64,000 nucleotides of DNA from Sumerlaeia bacterium (GTDB taxonomy: Bacteria; Sumerlaeota; Sumerlaeia; SLMS01; JAHLLQ01): positions 160,001 to 224,000 of the forward strand of contig JAVJSW010000042.1 in NCBI GenBank assembly GCA_040219255.1. Reading direction: 5' to 3'. Position 1 is the stretch's first letter; every line of letters begins with the position of its first letter. A program made the position numbers and the translations under genes. The notes beneath the pieces are model-generated. The model was not told the DNA's origin and made no database searches. It saw nothing but the letters and a program-made list of their open reading frames with translations. Below are positions 21,590-31,079 of the stretch, one piece after another.

Positions 21590-23295
21590 GACTCCGTTCG
21601 CAGGCCCGGCAATTCCGCCAAGTCCAATAGTTGCAAGGTTGCTGTGTTATGAGCCAGCGCCTGCGCGATGTGGACCGGGGCTTGCATGCCCCACTGTGCC
21701 AGCAGATTGATCCAGCCCAGATGCCGCTCCTGACGCGACCCGTCCGGCCAGAGGCTGTGGACGAGGGTATCGTGCCATCGTTCGCCATGACCGGCTTGCT
21801 GGGCGAAGTAGTTGGCGAGACGACCGGTCAGTTGTTCGGCGCGGCCATCGAAGGCCGTCAGCAGTCGCCCGTAGGCCTGATGGATGGCGGTGTCACGACC
21901 GGCCCCGTCGATCGTGGCGCCGGCGCGGGCGAGGGCTTCGCGTATCGTTTCGAACTCCTTGCGGACCGCGTTCTGTGCCTGGAATTCGTCACCGTGGCGA
22001 GAGGCGGCGCGAGCGATGGCCTCTGGCCCGGAGGCGTAGGCTTCCTCGATTTCAAGGCCCAGGCGCTGGGCGGCGCGGCGCACTGGCGGTTCGATCAGGA
22101 CGGCGCCGGGGCGCGGAATGAGGGCCGGACGGAAGATGCCGGTCTCCGCGTAGAGCGGCCCGATCTGAGCGTGATAGATCAGTTCGGAAGGCCCCGCCAC
22201 GTACGCGGCGGTGGGCAGGGCGGCGTCCTGCACGAGCGGCCGGAGCGCGGCGTTGGGACTGAAGGCCTCGGGGGTTTCCTCGAGCCGGGCGAGAAGGTCT
22301 TGGGGGCTGGCCTCGAGGAGCGATTCTCCGGTGGCGGGATGGGTGACGCGACAGCGGTCGTCGTGCCAGGTGGCCTTTCCGCGAATGCCACCGATTTCCA
22401 GGAACCAGTTGGCTTCGTTACCGTTGCGATGAATGGCGCGGTCGCCGACGCCCACGATGGCCAGAGCTTGGGCGGACTCGGCGAGTAGTCCAGAGAAACG
22501 TGTTCCGCCTTCGATGTCCGAGCGGATGACGGCGATCGCGCGGCGCCTCAGCCACCCCAGCCGCGGGGCGACGGGTACGAGGCCAAGAGGCCCGAGGGTC
22601 CGCAAGAGGAGTCGTGTGAACTGGTCCTCCCAGGTGGTGTCGGCGGATGAATGGACGAAGTGGAGGAGTTCGTCGAGCTGGGGGGCGCCGGGGAGGGCGT
22701 CGCGGATGGCGCGAGACAAATCGGCCACCATCGCCGGGGTCAGTTGGACGCGAGAGACGGACCGGCCCGGCCCGGCTGCCGGGGAGGGCGCTGACCAGGA
22801 GCGAAGGCGACGCTCGCGGTCGAGCCAACGGGCGGTGGCGACTTCGGCGAAATCGTGATCGTCCGAAGCGACCCAGAAAACAGGAACCGCCGGAATCCCG
22901 GTCTCACGCTCGATGGCATGGGCCCAGGCGATGGCCCCAGCGGCCTTGTAAAGCGTGTAGAGCGGCCCGCCGAGCAGGCCCGCCTGTTGACCGGTGACGA
23001 CTGCGACGGTGCCGGGGCGAGCCAGTTTCTCCAGGCCGGCCAGCGCTTCGGCGGGAGGCTGGAGCGGCTCCAGCCAGCTACGCCAATCGTTTAGCTCATC
23101 GGGAGTCAGCGGAGGAAAGCCACTCCGCGAGCGAACCGCGGCGCGGACGGAGATCTGGGCCGGTCCGGCGTCGAACCACTTTGAAATGCCGGGGTCGCCG
23201 GCGAAGAGCAACTGGGGCCATTGGGCCGCTGTCGGGAGAGACAAGGGTTCTGTTCGTTTCCGTGGCGGAAGGATGGGGGGCGCGGCGTCCGGCAA
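21553..23295 (-). CDS. bshC: Bacillithiol biosynthesis cysteine-adding enzyme BshC
   Basis: VVTGQQAGLLGGPLYTLYKA, PVFWVASDDHDFAEV, FSPNAALRPLVQD, YVAGPSE, QER. Confidence 0.88.
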   Translation of the reverse strand: MPDAAPPILPPRKRTEPLSLPTAAQWPQLLFAGDPGISKWFDAGPAQISVRAAVRSRSGFPPLTPDELNDWRSWLEPLQPPAEALAGLEKLARPGTVAVVTGQQAGLLGGPLYTLYKAAGAIAWAHAIERETGIPAVPVFWVASDDHDFAEVATARWLDRERRLRSWSAPSPAAGPGRSVSRVQLTPAMVADLSRAIRDALPGAPQLDELLHFVHSSADTTWEDQFTRLLLRTLGPLGLVPVAPRLGWLRRRAIAVIRSDIEGGTRFSGLLAESAQALAIVGVGDRAIHRNGNEANWFLEIGGIRGKATWHDDRCRVTHPATGESLLEASPQDLLARLEETPEAFSPNAALRPLVQDAALPTAAYVAGPSELIYHAQIGPLYAETGIFRPALIPRPGAVLIEPPVRRAAQRLGLEIEEAYASGPEAIARAASRHGDEFQAQNAVRKEFETIREALARAGATIDGAGRDTAIHQAYGRLLTAFDGRAEQLTGRLANYFAQQAGHGERWHDTLVHSLWPDGSRQERHLGWINLLAQWGMQAPVHIAQALAHNTATLQLLDLAELPGLRTESQPAPAPPCSAP

Positions 23296-23304
23296 AAAGG
23301 AGGT

Positions 23305-24414
23305 TTAGCCGCCTGGGGCGGAGGACGAATCCACTGCGGGATGGGCGGCCAAGGCCTCGCCGGGAAGGACGAAATCGGACCATGACCGCAGGAGCCCCAC
23401 TGGCTTTTGGACCCGATAGGCGAATTCCGCGCCAGCTTCCGCAAGCTCCCAATGGCGTCCGGTGGGGTCGGCGTAGAGGGTGAAGGCGCGTTCCGGGCCG
23501 GCGGTGGTGGCGACGCGCAGGACCTGGGTGGTGGCGTCCGCGGCGGTCGCGGGACTGGCGGTGGCGAAGCTGAGGTAAGAAAGGGCTCGCAGTTGACGGA
23601 GGGCGCCCTGGACGGCGGACGGACGGGCCGGACGGAGCTGCTGGCCGTCCTCGACATTCCACGTCCCTGGGCGGGCCTGGGTCAGGCGGTAAACGAGCGT
23701 GTCGCCTTGCCACAGGGAAAGGCTGCGAATATCGCCGTCCGCGCCGTCGAGCGACAGAACGTCGCGCTGGCGCCAGTCGCGGGGAAAGGCGCCGGCGAAG
23801 TTATCGGTCAGATCGCAGGCCACCAGGTAAACTTGCGATTCGTCGGGTCGGCGGATGTAGGTTTTTCCAAGAGTCTTGCGGCCGATGAAGAGGTCTTCCC
23901 GGACATTGTTCTCCTTCAGGAACCTGACCCGGACGCCGGTCTGGGGGGTGACACCGAAAACCCGATCGTGGTTGTAGGGATTGTCTCCATGGAGTTGGAC
24001 GAAAAGGCTGCCATCGATTTCCGGTTCGCCCTCATCGGTGGAGAACATGCGCTGGACGCGCCGGGGCGAGACGGGGTGCCAGGTTTCGCCATCCAGGACG
24101 CTCCAGGCCTGGCCCTCTCGTTTGAGGTGGATGAGGGCGCCGTTGGGCTGATGGACCTCGATGGCATCGATGGTGGTGGAGTCGACGCCCCCGAAGAATG
24201 TGGAGGCGACGCCGACGCTTCGGTGGTAGAGTCCCTCGCTGGCGTTCCCCCGAAGGGTCATGGTGAAGAGGATCGAGCCGGAGACGGCGAGGATCAGCGA
24301 CCACTGGCCGACGCGAGTGCGCAGGAACCGGAGCCAGTTGAGGGGCGAGAGGGGCCGGTGCGGATTCTCGAATCGCTTCCAATCGTGGGAGAGAAGGGGG
24401 GATGAGGTCTTCAT
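23305..24414 (-). CDS. DUF4340-domain membrane-anchored protein
   Basis: N-terminal TM; LFIGRK..GKTYIRRPDESQVYLV...DWRQRDV pattern typical of DUF4340. Confidence 0.65.
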   Translation of the reverse strand: MKTSSPLLSHDWKRFENPHRPLSPLNWLRFLRTRVGQWSLILAVSGSILFTMTLRGNASEGLYHRSVGVASTFFGGVDSTTIDAIEVHQPNGALIHLKREGQAWSVLDGETWHPVSPRRVQRMFSTDEGEPEIDGSLFVQLHGDNPYNHDRVFGVTPQTGVRVRFLKENNVREDLFIGRKTLGKTYIRRPDESQVYLVACDLTDNFAGAFPRDWRQRDVLSLDGADGDIRSLSLWQGDTLVYRLTQARPGTWNVEDGQQLRPARPSAVQGALRQLRALSYLSFATASPATAADATTQVLRVATTAGPERAFTLYADPTGRHWELAEAGAEFAYRVQKPVGLLRSWSDFVLPGEALAAHPAVDSSSAPGG

Positions 24415-24660
24415 GGCTGGTCCAAACCGATCAGGGGATCGTTGAACGGAATAAATGATTTGTCACTGAAACAGATGGCACCACGAAGGCTTTCCGTCAA
24501 GGACGACTCGCGAATCGAATTCCAGACGGCTCATGTTGGGGTTGCTCTGTGCCCCCCGAACCCCTTAGTTCCCACAGACCGTTTTCCGCTGGCGCCTTTG
24601 ATTCGATGGGTTTCGAACGCCGGTGGGGGACTCATCCCGATGCGAAGACATGTGATACCG

Positions 24661-25419
24661 ATGCTGAAAAACTTTCAGACTCCTACGATTTTCCTGGGCT
24701 TGTTCCTGCGCAAGTTTGACGTTTCCGACTTCAAGAGCTTCAGCGAGACGCTGCCCTGGCGCCTGCCCGAGTTGGACGCCGACGCGCCGCAATTCGCCAA
24801 TTTGCCCCCGAACGCTCCGCCGGACCAGCCGCGGGTGCGCTTCCTTTCCAAGGACGGCCGGCTTCAGCTCGAAGTCGCCCCGGCCAAGATTCATTTCCGC
24901 ATGATGCCCGGCGAAGTGACTCAGAACGAGCAGGGGCAGGCCAGCCTGAAGGCGCTTCCGGTGCCCGAGGCTTTTGAATCCTTCATCCCCCAAGCGATGC
25001 GGGTTCATACCACCCTGACGGAGCACTTCGGGGCGACGTCTTCGCGCGTGGGCATCATCACCGATATGATCGCTCCGGTGCCGAGCAGCGCCAACCAGCG
25101 CATCCAGAAGTACATCATGGGTGGCAGCAACCTGCTTGGCGAACGCCTGGCGGACATCAACATCAACGTTTTGTCGCGTGTGCAGTTGCCGAACGACGGT
25201 CCGAACGTGAACCGCCGCATCATGGTGCGCGGGATTCGCTCGGGCGGCCCCCAGGGCCCCGGCGGCGATCTGCTGCTGAACGTCAATGTGGACGTGAACA
25301 CGTTGGCGGAAGAACCCTATGACATCACCACGGCGGAGCTGGAGAAGTTCCTGCGGGGCGTGAGCAAACACATGGACACAAGTGTGCCGCTGCTGAACGA
25401 ACCGCAGATTTTCGAATAG
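24661..25419 (+). CDS. Conserved hypothetical protein (possibly TIGR04255-like)
   Basis: Host-like codon usage; LPPNAPPDQPRVRFLSKDG, SRVGI and DVNT motifs; directly upstream of xseA. Start uncertain. Confidence 0.6.
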   Translation: MLKNFQTPTIFLGLFLRKFDVSDFKSFSETLPWRLPELDADAPQFANLPPNAPPDQPRVRFLSKDGRLQLEVAPAKIHFRMMPGEVTQNEQGQASLKALPVPEAFESFIPQAMRVHTTLTEHFGATSSRVGIITDMIAPVPSSANQRIQKYIMGGSNLLGERLADININVLSRVQLPNDGPNVNRRIMVRGIRSGGPQGPGGDLLLNVNVDVNTLAEEPYDITTAELEKFLRGVSKHMDTSVPLLNEPQIFE

Positions 25420-25432
25420 TCCGCGGCTTGGA

Positions 25433-26680
25433 ATGACAGACCTCTCCCCCGCCGAAGCCTCGCAGGATCGCAAGCCCCTCTCGCCCTCGGCCGTCAACGC
25501 GATGGTCGGGGGTTTGCTGGAACCGGCCTTGAACCGGCTCTGGGTCGAGGGCGAGATCAGCAATTGGAAGGTGGCCGGCAGCGGCCACGCCTATTTCGCG
25601 CTGAAGGATCGGGACTCGATGCTCGAGTGCATCGCGTGGCGGTCGACGCTGGCCAAGGGCCGCGACCGCTTTCGCGACGGCGATCAGGTCGAGGTGCGGG
25701 GGGGCATTTCCGTTTACCAGAAACGGGGCCAATACAGCCTGATCGCGGATTCGATCAAGCCGGTGGGCGCGGGTCTGCTGTGGCAGAAGTTTCTTGAACT
25801 CAAGGAAAAGCTGGAGCGGGAAGGCCTCTTCGATCCGGCCCGCAAGCGGCCGATTCCCCGGCTGCCCCGGTGCGTGGGGATCGTAACGTCTCCGACGGGG
25901 GCGGCGGTGCGCGACATGCTCCATGTGCTCGAGCGCCGGGCGCCGGGCTTGTCGGTGTGGATCTATCCGGCCAAGGTGCAGGGTGCTGGAGCGGCGGAGG
26001 AAATCGCTCGCGGAGTGCAGGCGCTCGGGGCCTCGGGCGAGGTCGATGTGGTGATCGTGGCGCGGGGGGGCGGTTCGATGGAGGATCTTTGGGAATTCAA
26101 CGATGAGAGGCTGGCGCGGGCGATCGCGGCTTGCCCGGTGCCGGTGATCAGCGGGGTGGGGCACGAGGTGGACTTCACGATCGCCGATTTCGTGGCGGAC
26201 ATGCGGGCGCCAACACCCAGCGCCGCCGCCGAGGTGGTGAGCGAAGACCATCTGGGGACGCTGGCTCGTGTGCGGGAATTGGCTGGGCGGGTGGAGCGAG
26301 TCATCGACCGGCGACTGGCGGACGCGCGGGGCCGGACGCGGGCGGCGGCGTCGAGTTACGCTCTGCGCCAGCCGGAAAGCTTGCTGCGCGAGGCCCAGCA
26401 ACGGACCGACGACGCGCTGCGCCGGGCGGACGAAACGGTGGATCGGCGTCTGGGCGATGGGCGGTCGCGGTTGATGGCGGCGCTGGCGGGGATGCGGGGG
26501 CACGATCCAGGTCTGGTGTTGAAAAAGGGTTATGCCATCGTGCGGCGCGGCCGCGACGGCAAGGTGGTGGTCAAGCCCGGACAGGTGCGCCAGGGCGAAG
26601 CGCTGGAGACCGAATTCGCCCAAGGAACGATCCGGAGCGTGGTGATCGACGACCAGCCGGATCTCTTTATCGAAGGCTAG
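25433..26680 (+). CDS. xseA: Exodeoxyribonuclease VII large subunit
   Basis: WVEGEISN, SGHAYFALKD, GIVTSPTGAAVRD, ARGGGSMEDLWEFN, SGVGHEVDFT, RAPTPSAAAE. Confidence 0.96.
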   Translation: MTDLSPAEASQDRKPLSPSAVNAMVGGLLEPALNRLWVEGEISNWKVAGSGHAYFALKDRDSMLECIAWRSTLAKGRDRFRDGDQVEVRGGISVYQKRGQYSLIADSIKPVGAGLLWQKFLELKEKLEREGLFDPARKRPIPRLPRCVGIVTSPTGAAVRDMLHVLERRAPGLSVWIYPAKVQGAGAAEEIARGVQALGASGEVDVVIVARGGGSMEDLWEFNDERLARAIAACPVPVISGVGHEVDFTIADFVADMRAPTPSAAAEVVSEDHLGTLARVRELAGRVERVIDRRLADARGRTRAAASSYALRQPESLLREAQQRTDDALRRADETVDRRLGDGRSRLMAALAGMRGHDPGLVLKKGYAIVRRGRDGKVVVKPGQVRQGEALETEFAQGTIRSVVIDDQPDLFIEG

Positions 26681-27668
26681 CGCTGGAGCCCGCGCCCGCC
26701 TCGGCGGGGCGGAATTGCCGGTGGCAAGTCTGGCAGGACACGGCCAAGTCCCAGAAGGCCACGTCGGCCGCCTCTCGGCTTCCATTCAGCAGGGCTTCGT
26801 TAAGAGCGCGGGCCTTTGTGATCGTTTCTTCCATCAGAGCCTTCATGGGCGGTTCGACGGGCGGATCGGCGGCGATCCACTGGGCGAAGGTGTCGGCCAC
26901 GGTGCGGGCTTCGTAGGCGGGCGTGGTGTCGCTGTGGGCCTGTGGACTGGCCCATTGGTGATGGGCTTGGGCTTCGGCGAGGATGTCGAAGGCGCGCCCG
27001 GCGTCGCGCATGACCTGCGGCAGGGAGCGGGGCGGGGCATCGAAGCGGAGTTCGAAGGGCTGGGCCTCCGCCGCGAAATAGCGGACGTCATCGTAGCGGT
27101 CGAGGATGTCGCTCCAGAGGCCGGCCATGCGTTCCGGAGTTTCGTAGCCGGTTCCCTGGAAAAAGACGCTGGCGCGGTTGTTCCCCTGGCCTTCGTCCCA
27201 GGCGGCGGCGAGCGAGGCGATGGCCAGCACACGGCCGTCGGCGGCCCGCGAGTGGAGCAGGTAATTGCCCTGGGTTTCGATGATGGTGCGGAGGATCTGA
27301 TAGAGTTCGGCCGGTTCGATGCGGCCCGGGCGGACGGGATTGTGGAGGTGGCTCATGCCGAGGCGGCCGGCGGGGGTGCGGCCCGGGGGGGCTTCGTCGA
27401 TGCTGAGGATGGTGCGGACGCCGCGATCGTCGCGCAGGTGGCGGAAGTCCGCTTCCTCCCGGAGGTCGCCGGCGACGGCCTGGATGCGGCCGGTGAAGTT
27501 CCAAAGGGGCAGGCCGCTGGGCAGTTGGAGGCGCACGGGCGGCGTGGTCAGCTCGCTGGCGGCGACGGCGCGGGCGATGTCTTCGGCGCGGAAAGGTTGC
27601 GCGGCTGCGGCGGATGCGCTGGCGGTGAGAGCCAGGAGCAGGAAGCTGAGCTGTGTGAATCGAGACAT
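26667..27668 (-). CDS. Secreted protein: degenerate tyrosine-phosphatase-like (DSP/DUF442) domain plus C-terminal cytochrome c'-like domain
   Basis: Signal peptide; GVRTILSID...GMSHLHNPV...LLHSRAADGR (HCxxGxxR-like with Ser); helical C-terminal domain ending SCQTCHRQFR (CxxCH). Confidence 0.7.
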   Translation of the reverse strand: MSRFTQLSFLLLALTASASAAAAQPFRAEDIARAVAASELTTPPVRLQLPSGLPLWNFTGRIQAVAGDLREEADFRHLRDDRGVRTILSIDEAPPGRTPAGRLGMSHLHNPVRPGRIEPAELYQILRTIIETQGNYLLHSRAADGRVLAIASLAAAWDEGQGNNRASVFFQGTGYETPERMAGLWSDILDRYDDVRYFAAEAQPFELRFDAPPRSLPQVMRDAGRAFDILAEAQAHHQWASPQAHSDTTPAYEARTVADTFAQWIAADPPVEPPMKALMEETITKARALNEALLNGSREAADVAFWDLAVSCQTCHRQFRPAEAGAGSSASLR

Positions 27669-27737
27669 GGACGCCGGAACTCCTCTTCGTACCGTTATGA
27701 AGAGGACTGACCGGCGGGCGCAAGGTTGGTCCGGGAG

Positions 27738-27780
27738 AAAAAAATGGAGCCTCCACCAGCGATTGCGGCGGAGGCTTTTT
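27738..27780. terminator. Probable intrinsic terminator (A-tract, stem, T-tract) after the lamin-tail-like gene
   Basis: AAAAAAA..AGCCTCC...GGAGGCTTTTT. Confidence 0.55.
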
Positions 27781-27813
27781 CTTGCCGGGTTGGCGGGCGA
27801 AGTGCGGGAGGCT

Positions 27814-28506
27814 TTAGAACTGCTTCCAGCCTTCGACGGAAGCGTTGGCGTTGGTGGCGCCAGGGGTTGCGAGGTCGGGGAGGGTGGCGGCCGGCGGGAA
27901 GTCCAGGGCCTGCCAGGCGCCGGAGCCGTCGGTATCGCGGTAACCGCCGGCTTCGATAAAGAAGTTGTCCGGGTCGGGGCCGAAAATGATATCGGCGGTC
28001 TGGCTCAGAGGAACGAAAACGCCTTCGAGGTTATCGACATCGCCGGAGGGTTGATCGACGAGGTAGAGAATATCGATAATGTCGGCGCCGTTGTTGTATT
28101 CGGTTCCGTCGTAATTGGTGTCGGCGGCGCTGAAGTCGGAGGTGTTGACAAGGAGGATTTCCTGCAAACCGTCGCGCAGGAAGAACTGGTCGTCGGCCAC
28201 CTGGTCGCCCGCGGGAGAGAAGCTCTCGGAGGTGTAGATGTCGTTGACGAGGAGGAAGAAGTTGCCGGTGGCGGTTCCAGTCAGGGTCTGGGACGAAGAG
28301 ACATCGCCGTTGCTGGTGCGGACCGCGACGAGCGTCAGACCGGTGACGGACTGGCCGGCGGTGGGGTTGTACAGTTCGACGAACTGGACGTCGATGCCGC
28401 CGTCGGTGTCGGCAAGGACTTCGTTGAGTTGCCATTGGGCGCTGACGGTGGTGGCGATGCCGATCAGGCAGGCCACGAGGACCATGGAAAGATTCTTCAT
28501 TTTCAT
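27814..28506 (-). CDS. Secreted lamin-tail-domain-like protein with C-terminal SVEGWKQF tail
   Basis: Signal peptide; LNEVLAD...QFVELYNP and TPGATN motifs of LTD-like domains. Confidence 0.7.
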   Translation of the reverse strand: MKMKNLSMVLVACLIGIATTVSAQWQLNEVLADTDGGIDVQFVELYNPTAGQSVTGLTLVAVRTSNGDVSSSQTLTGTATGNFFLLVNDIYTSESFSPAGDQVADDQFFLRDGLQEILLVNTSDFSAADTNYDGTEYNNGADIIDILYLVDQPSGDVDNLEGVFVPLSQTADIIFGPDPDNFFIEAGGYRDTDGSGAWQALDFPPAATLPDLATPGATNANASVEGWKQF

Positions 28507-28643
28507 CGAAGAACTCCTTTGGAGAGGGGACTCCTGTAATGCACAGGTAGTGAAAGACATAAGAAAACCGTCAGAAGCATGCAAGAACAATATGACTTGC
28601 GATGCAAAATTCCGACGGTTAAGGGTGAATTTGGTTTTCTCTA

Positions 28644-29834
28644 TTATTCGGCAACTATTTGCGCCGGTTCGGTGAGGGTGACGGGGATGGGGGCCAGGAA
28701 GCGGCGTCCCTTGTTGAGGTAGAGTTCAAAGTCGTTGACGGTGTCGGCGAAATCGTCGGCGGGGCGGTCTTTGGCAAAGGCGCGGGCGAGGCCCTGGGTG
28801 AGGTCCACGAGCGCTTCCGCATCCGTCAGGTCGACGATTTCCGGGCCGACGAGCCGGGTGTCTTTGTGCATGTTGTGGTAGTGGCGCACGGGGGCGCAGA
28901 TGCCGCCGGCGCGGCGTCCGGCGCGGGCAAAGGCCGTGGCTTCGCAGGTGCCACCATCCATGAGGGCTCGCCTGGCGTTGACGCCGTAGCGCCACACCAA
29001 GCCGCGAAGCGCGTCGGCCACGGCTCCGTCGAAGGTTGTGGATTTGTCTCCGATGCGGATGACAGCGCCGTCGCCGAGGCGGACATCGGGCCGTTCGCTG
29101 CTGATTTCGATGGAGACGAACACGCTGTCGTCGGGGATGAGGCGGGGCAGTTTGGTTTCCTCGAGGAGACAGAGGACGCCACAGAAGCCCGCTTCTTCGG
29201 CTCGGGAGAAAATGGCCGCCACGTCCACGTCCTTCTCGCGCGAGAGTCGGTCGAGGGCTTCCACGAGAACGGCGGCGCCGACGAGGTCGTCGCAGGCGCG
29301 TCCGTACACGCGGTCGCCGGAAATGACGCAGGGTTCCACATCCCACATGCCCAGGACGGCATCCGCGGGGTCGGCCATGGCTTCCAGGATGACGCGGCGG
29401 TTGTCGGTGAGGGGGCTGAGGGGAGTGGCTTCCACGACGGCGGCGGGGATGCCTTCGTCGTGGGCGTGGCGATAGAGGCGAACGAGGGAGCCGGGGGCGA
29501 AGAATTCATCGTCCACGAGGCCCTCGAAGGTTGCTTCGACGCGGTTTTTGGACCCGTCCAACACCTTGGCGAGACCGGGCCGGTCATCGGGCGCGGTGAA
29601 GAGAAAACCGGGGTGATCGAGATGAGCCACAAAGGTCGCCGCCACGCCCGTCGGATTGCCTTTCCGGATACGGGCGATGCGATTGCCGAAGGCATCCGAC
29701 TCGAACTGGAGGCCGGGGATTTCGGCGAGCAGTTGATCCAGCGCGGAGCAAGCCCACTGTTCGCGGAAGGGGGCGGTCGGCGCTTCGAGAAGGGTGCGTA
29801 TTCGGCGAATCAATGAATGAGCGGACACGAGCAT
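28644..29834 (-). CDS. M20/M28/M42-type metallopeptidase (paralogue 1)
   Basis: Metal-ligand motifs AHLDH, RACDDLVG, RAEEAGF, SIE and HYHN; DAFGN; GGTCEA. Confidence 0.8.
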   Translation of the reverse strand: MLVSAHSLIRRIRTLLEAPTAPFREQWACSALDQLLAEIPGLQFESDAFGNRIARIRKGNPTGVAATFVAHLDHPGFLFTAPDDRPGLAKVLDGSKNRVEATFEGLVDDEFFAPGSLVRLYRHAHDEGIPAAVVEATPLSPLTDNRRVILEAMADPADAVLGMWDVEPCVISGDRVYGRACDDLVGAAVLVEALDRLSREKDVDVAAIFSRAEEAGFCGVLCLLEETKLPRLIPDDSVFVSIEISSERPDVRLGDGAVIRIGDKSTTFDGAVADALRGLVWRYGVNARRALMDGGTCEATAFARAGRRAGGICAPVRHYHNMHKDTRLVGPEIVDLTDAEALVDLTQGLARAFAKDRPADDFADTVNDFELYLNKGRRFLAPIPVTLTEPAQIVAE

Positions 29835-29973
29835 TCAGGCCTTTCGGCATGGGAATTCAAGGGGACAAAGGGCTGTCGGAGAACAGCGTTGGGCGTTCCT
29901 CGCCAACCTAAGGGAGCGGGCGTAGGGTCACCGGGGGTTCGCGGGGTTCGATTGCGGTTGAGGATGGAGGCGA

Positions 29974-30672
29974 TCAGTTCGCGCCCAGGACGCTGTCGGA
30001 GGCCTTCTGGGTGCGGATGATGTCGCCGCCGGAGACGCTGCCGTTGGTGGGATCGTAGGGGGTGAGGAGATCGATCGTGCCGCTGGAAAGGGCATAGGGT
30101 TCCAGGTTGCGCTGTTTGTCCGGGCCGAGGGAGGCCATGGTCCAGTATCCTTCCAGCGGGACGACGACATCTTCGAAAGAGGTCGTACGGCGCTGGTACT
30201 GGTTGTCATTGTAGTAGAAGCGCTGACCGGCGATGGGGTCGTTCCATTCGTTGTCGTAGACCGGATCGGCGGCCCCGCTGGGCGGGCTGTTGTAGTTGAA
30301 CACCGTTCCGCCAGCGCTGTAGGACTGGAAGTCGCCGAGTTCCGAAACGAAGGGGTCGAGGATGTTGGCGTTCGTGATATAGGCGATGGGGGTGGAAAGG
30401 CGGCTGGGGACGACGCGCAGAATTCCGGCTGTGCCGCTGTGAAGGGGAACGGGCGGGTACTTGTTGTTGTCCACGCGGTAGGATTCGAGGGCGGTGGCGA
30501 CGCTGCGCATGTCGGCTTTGACGCGGCTGACTTTCGAGCGGGTTTGGGCTTCGAGGAAGTTGGGAACGGCGATAGCCGCCAGGATCGCAATAATCGCGAC
30601 CACAATGAGAAGTTCAATGAGGGTGAAGGCGCGGCGAGGGCCCTTGTTTTGGTTGGAGGTGAGGATACCCAT
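29974..30672 (-). CDS. Prepilin-type N-terminal cleavage/methylation domain protein (GspG-like)
   Basis: AFTLIELLIVVAIIAILAAIAVPNFLEAQTRSKVSRVKADMRS; C-terminal SLGPD...YDPTNGSVSGGDI. Confidence 0.9.
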   Translation of the reverse strand: MGILTSNQNKGPRRAFTLIELLIVVAIIAILAAIAVPNFLEAQTRSKVSRVKADMRSVATALESYRVDNNKYPPVPLHSGTAGILRVVPSRLSTPIAYITNANILDPFVSELGDFQSYSAGGTVFNYNSPPSGAADPVYDNEWNDPIAGQRFYYNDNQYQRRTTSFEDVVVPLEGYWTMASLGPDKQRNLEPYALSSGTIDLLTPYDPTNGSVSGGDIIRTQKASDSVLGAN

Positions 30673-31079
30673 GGGTGCGGTTCCTTTCGCGGAAGGGGGT
30701 GGGTTGAGCGACGGACTCGTGAATTCCGTTGTGATAGGAGACTGCTAACAAATCGGCAACGATCTTCCAAGGAATTTTCCGTGGGAGTATCAAAAATTTC
30801 TTTCGATCCAGTTTTCAAGACTCTGTAGAAAACAGTTAAGTTGTTCTTTTGTAGTCATTCGGACAGATCCTGTCTTCTCCAAATTTTCCCTCTTGGTGCG
30901 CTCCAAAAACTTTTTTTGCACTCGACGTCAAAATTTTCCTTGGCTTTCCGTTCGTCGATGCCTAACAGATGCGTCCATCGAATCACCGAACCGGAACGGC
31001 TCGGGCCCCAGCGGATCGTCCCCCCTCGTTCACCGCTCCGCCGCCCAAAGCGTCCATTCACCGCGAGAGGATCGGACCC

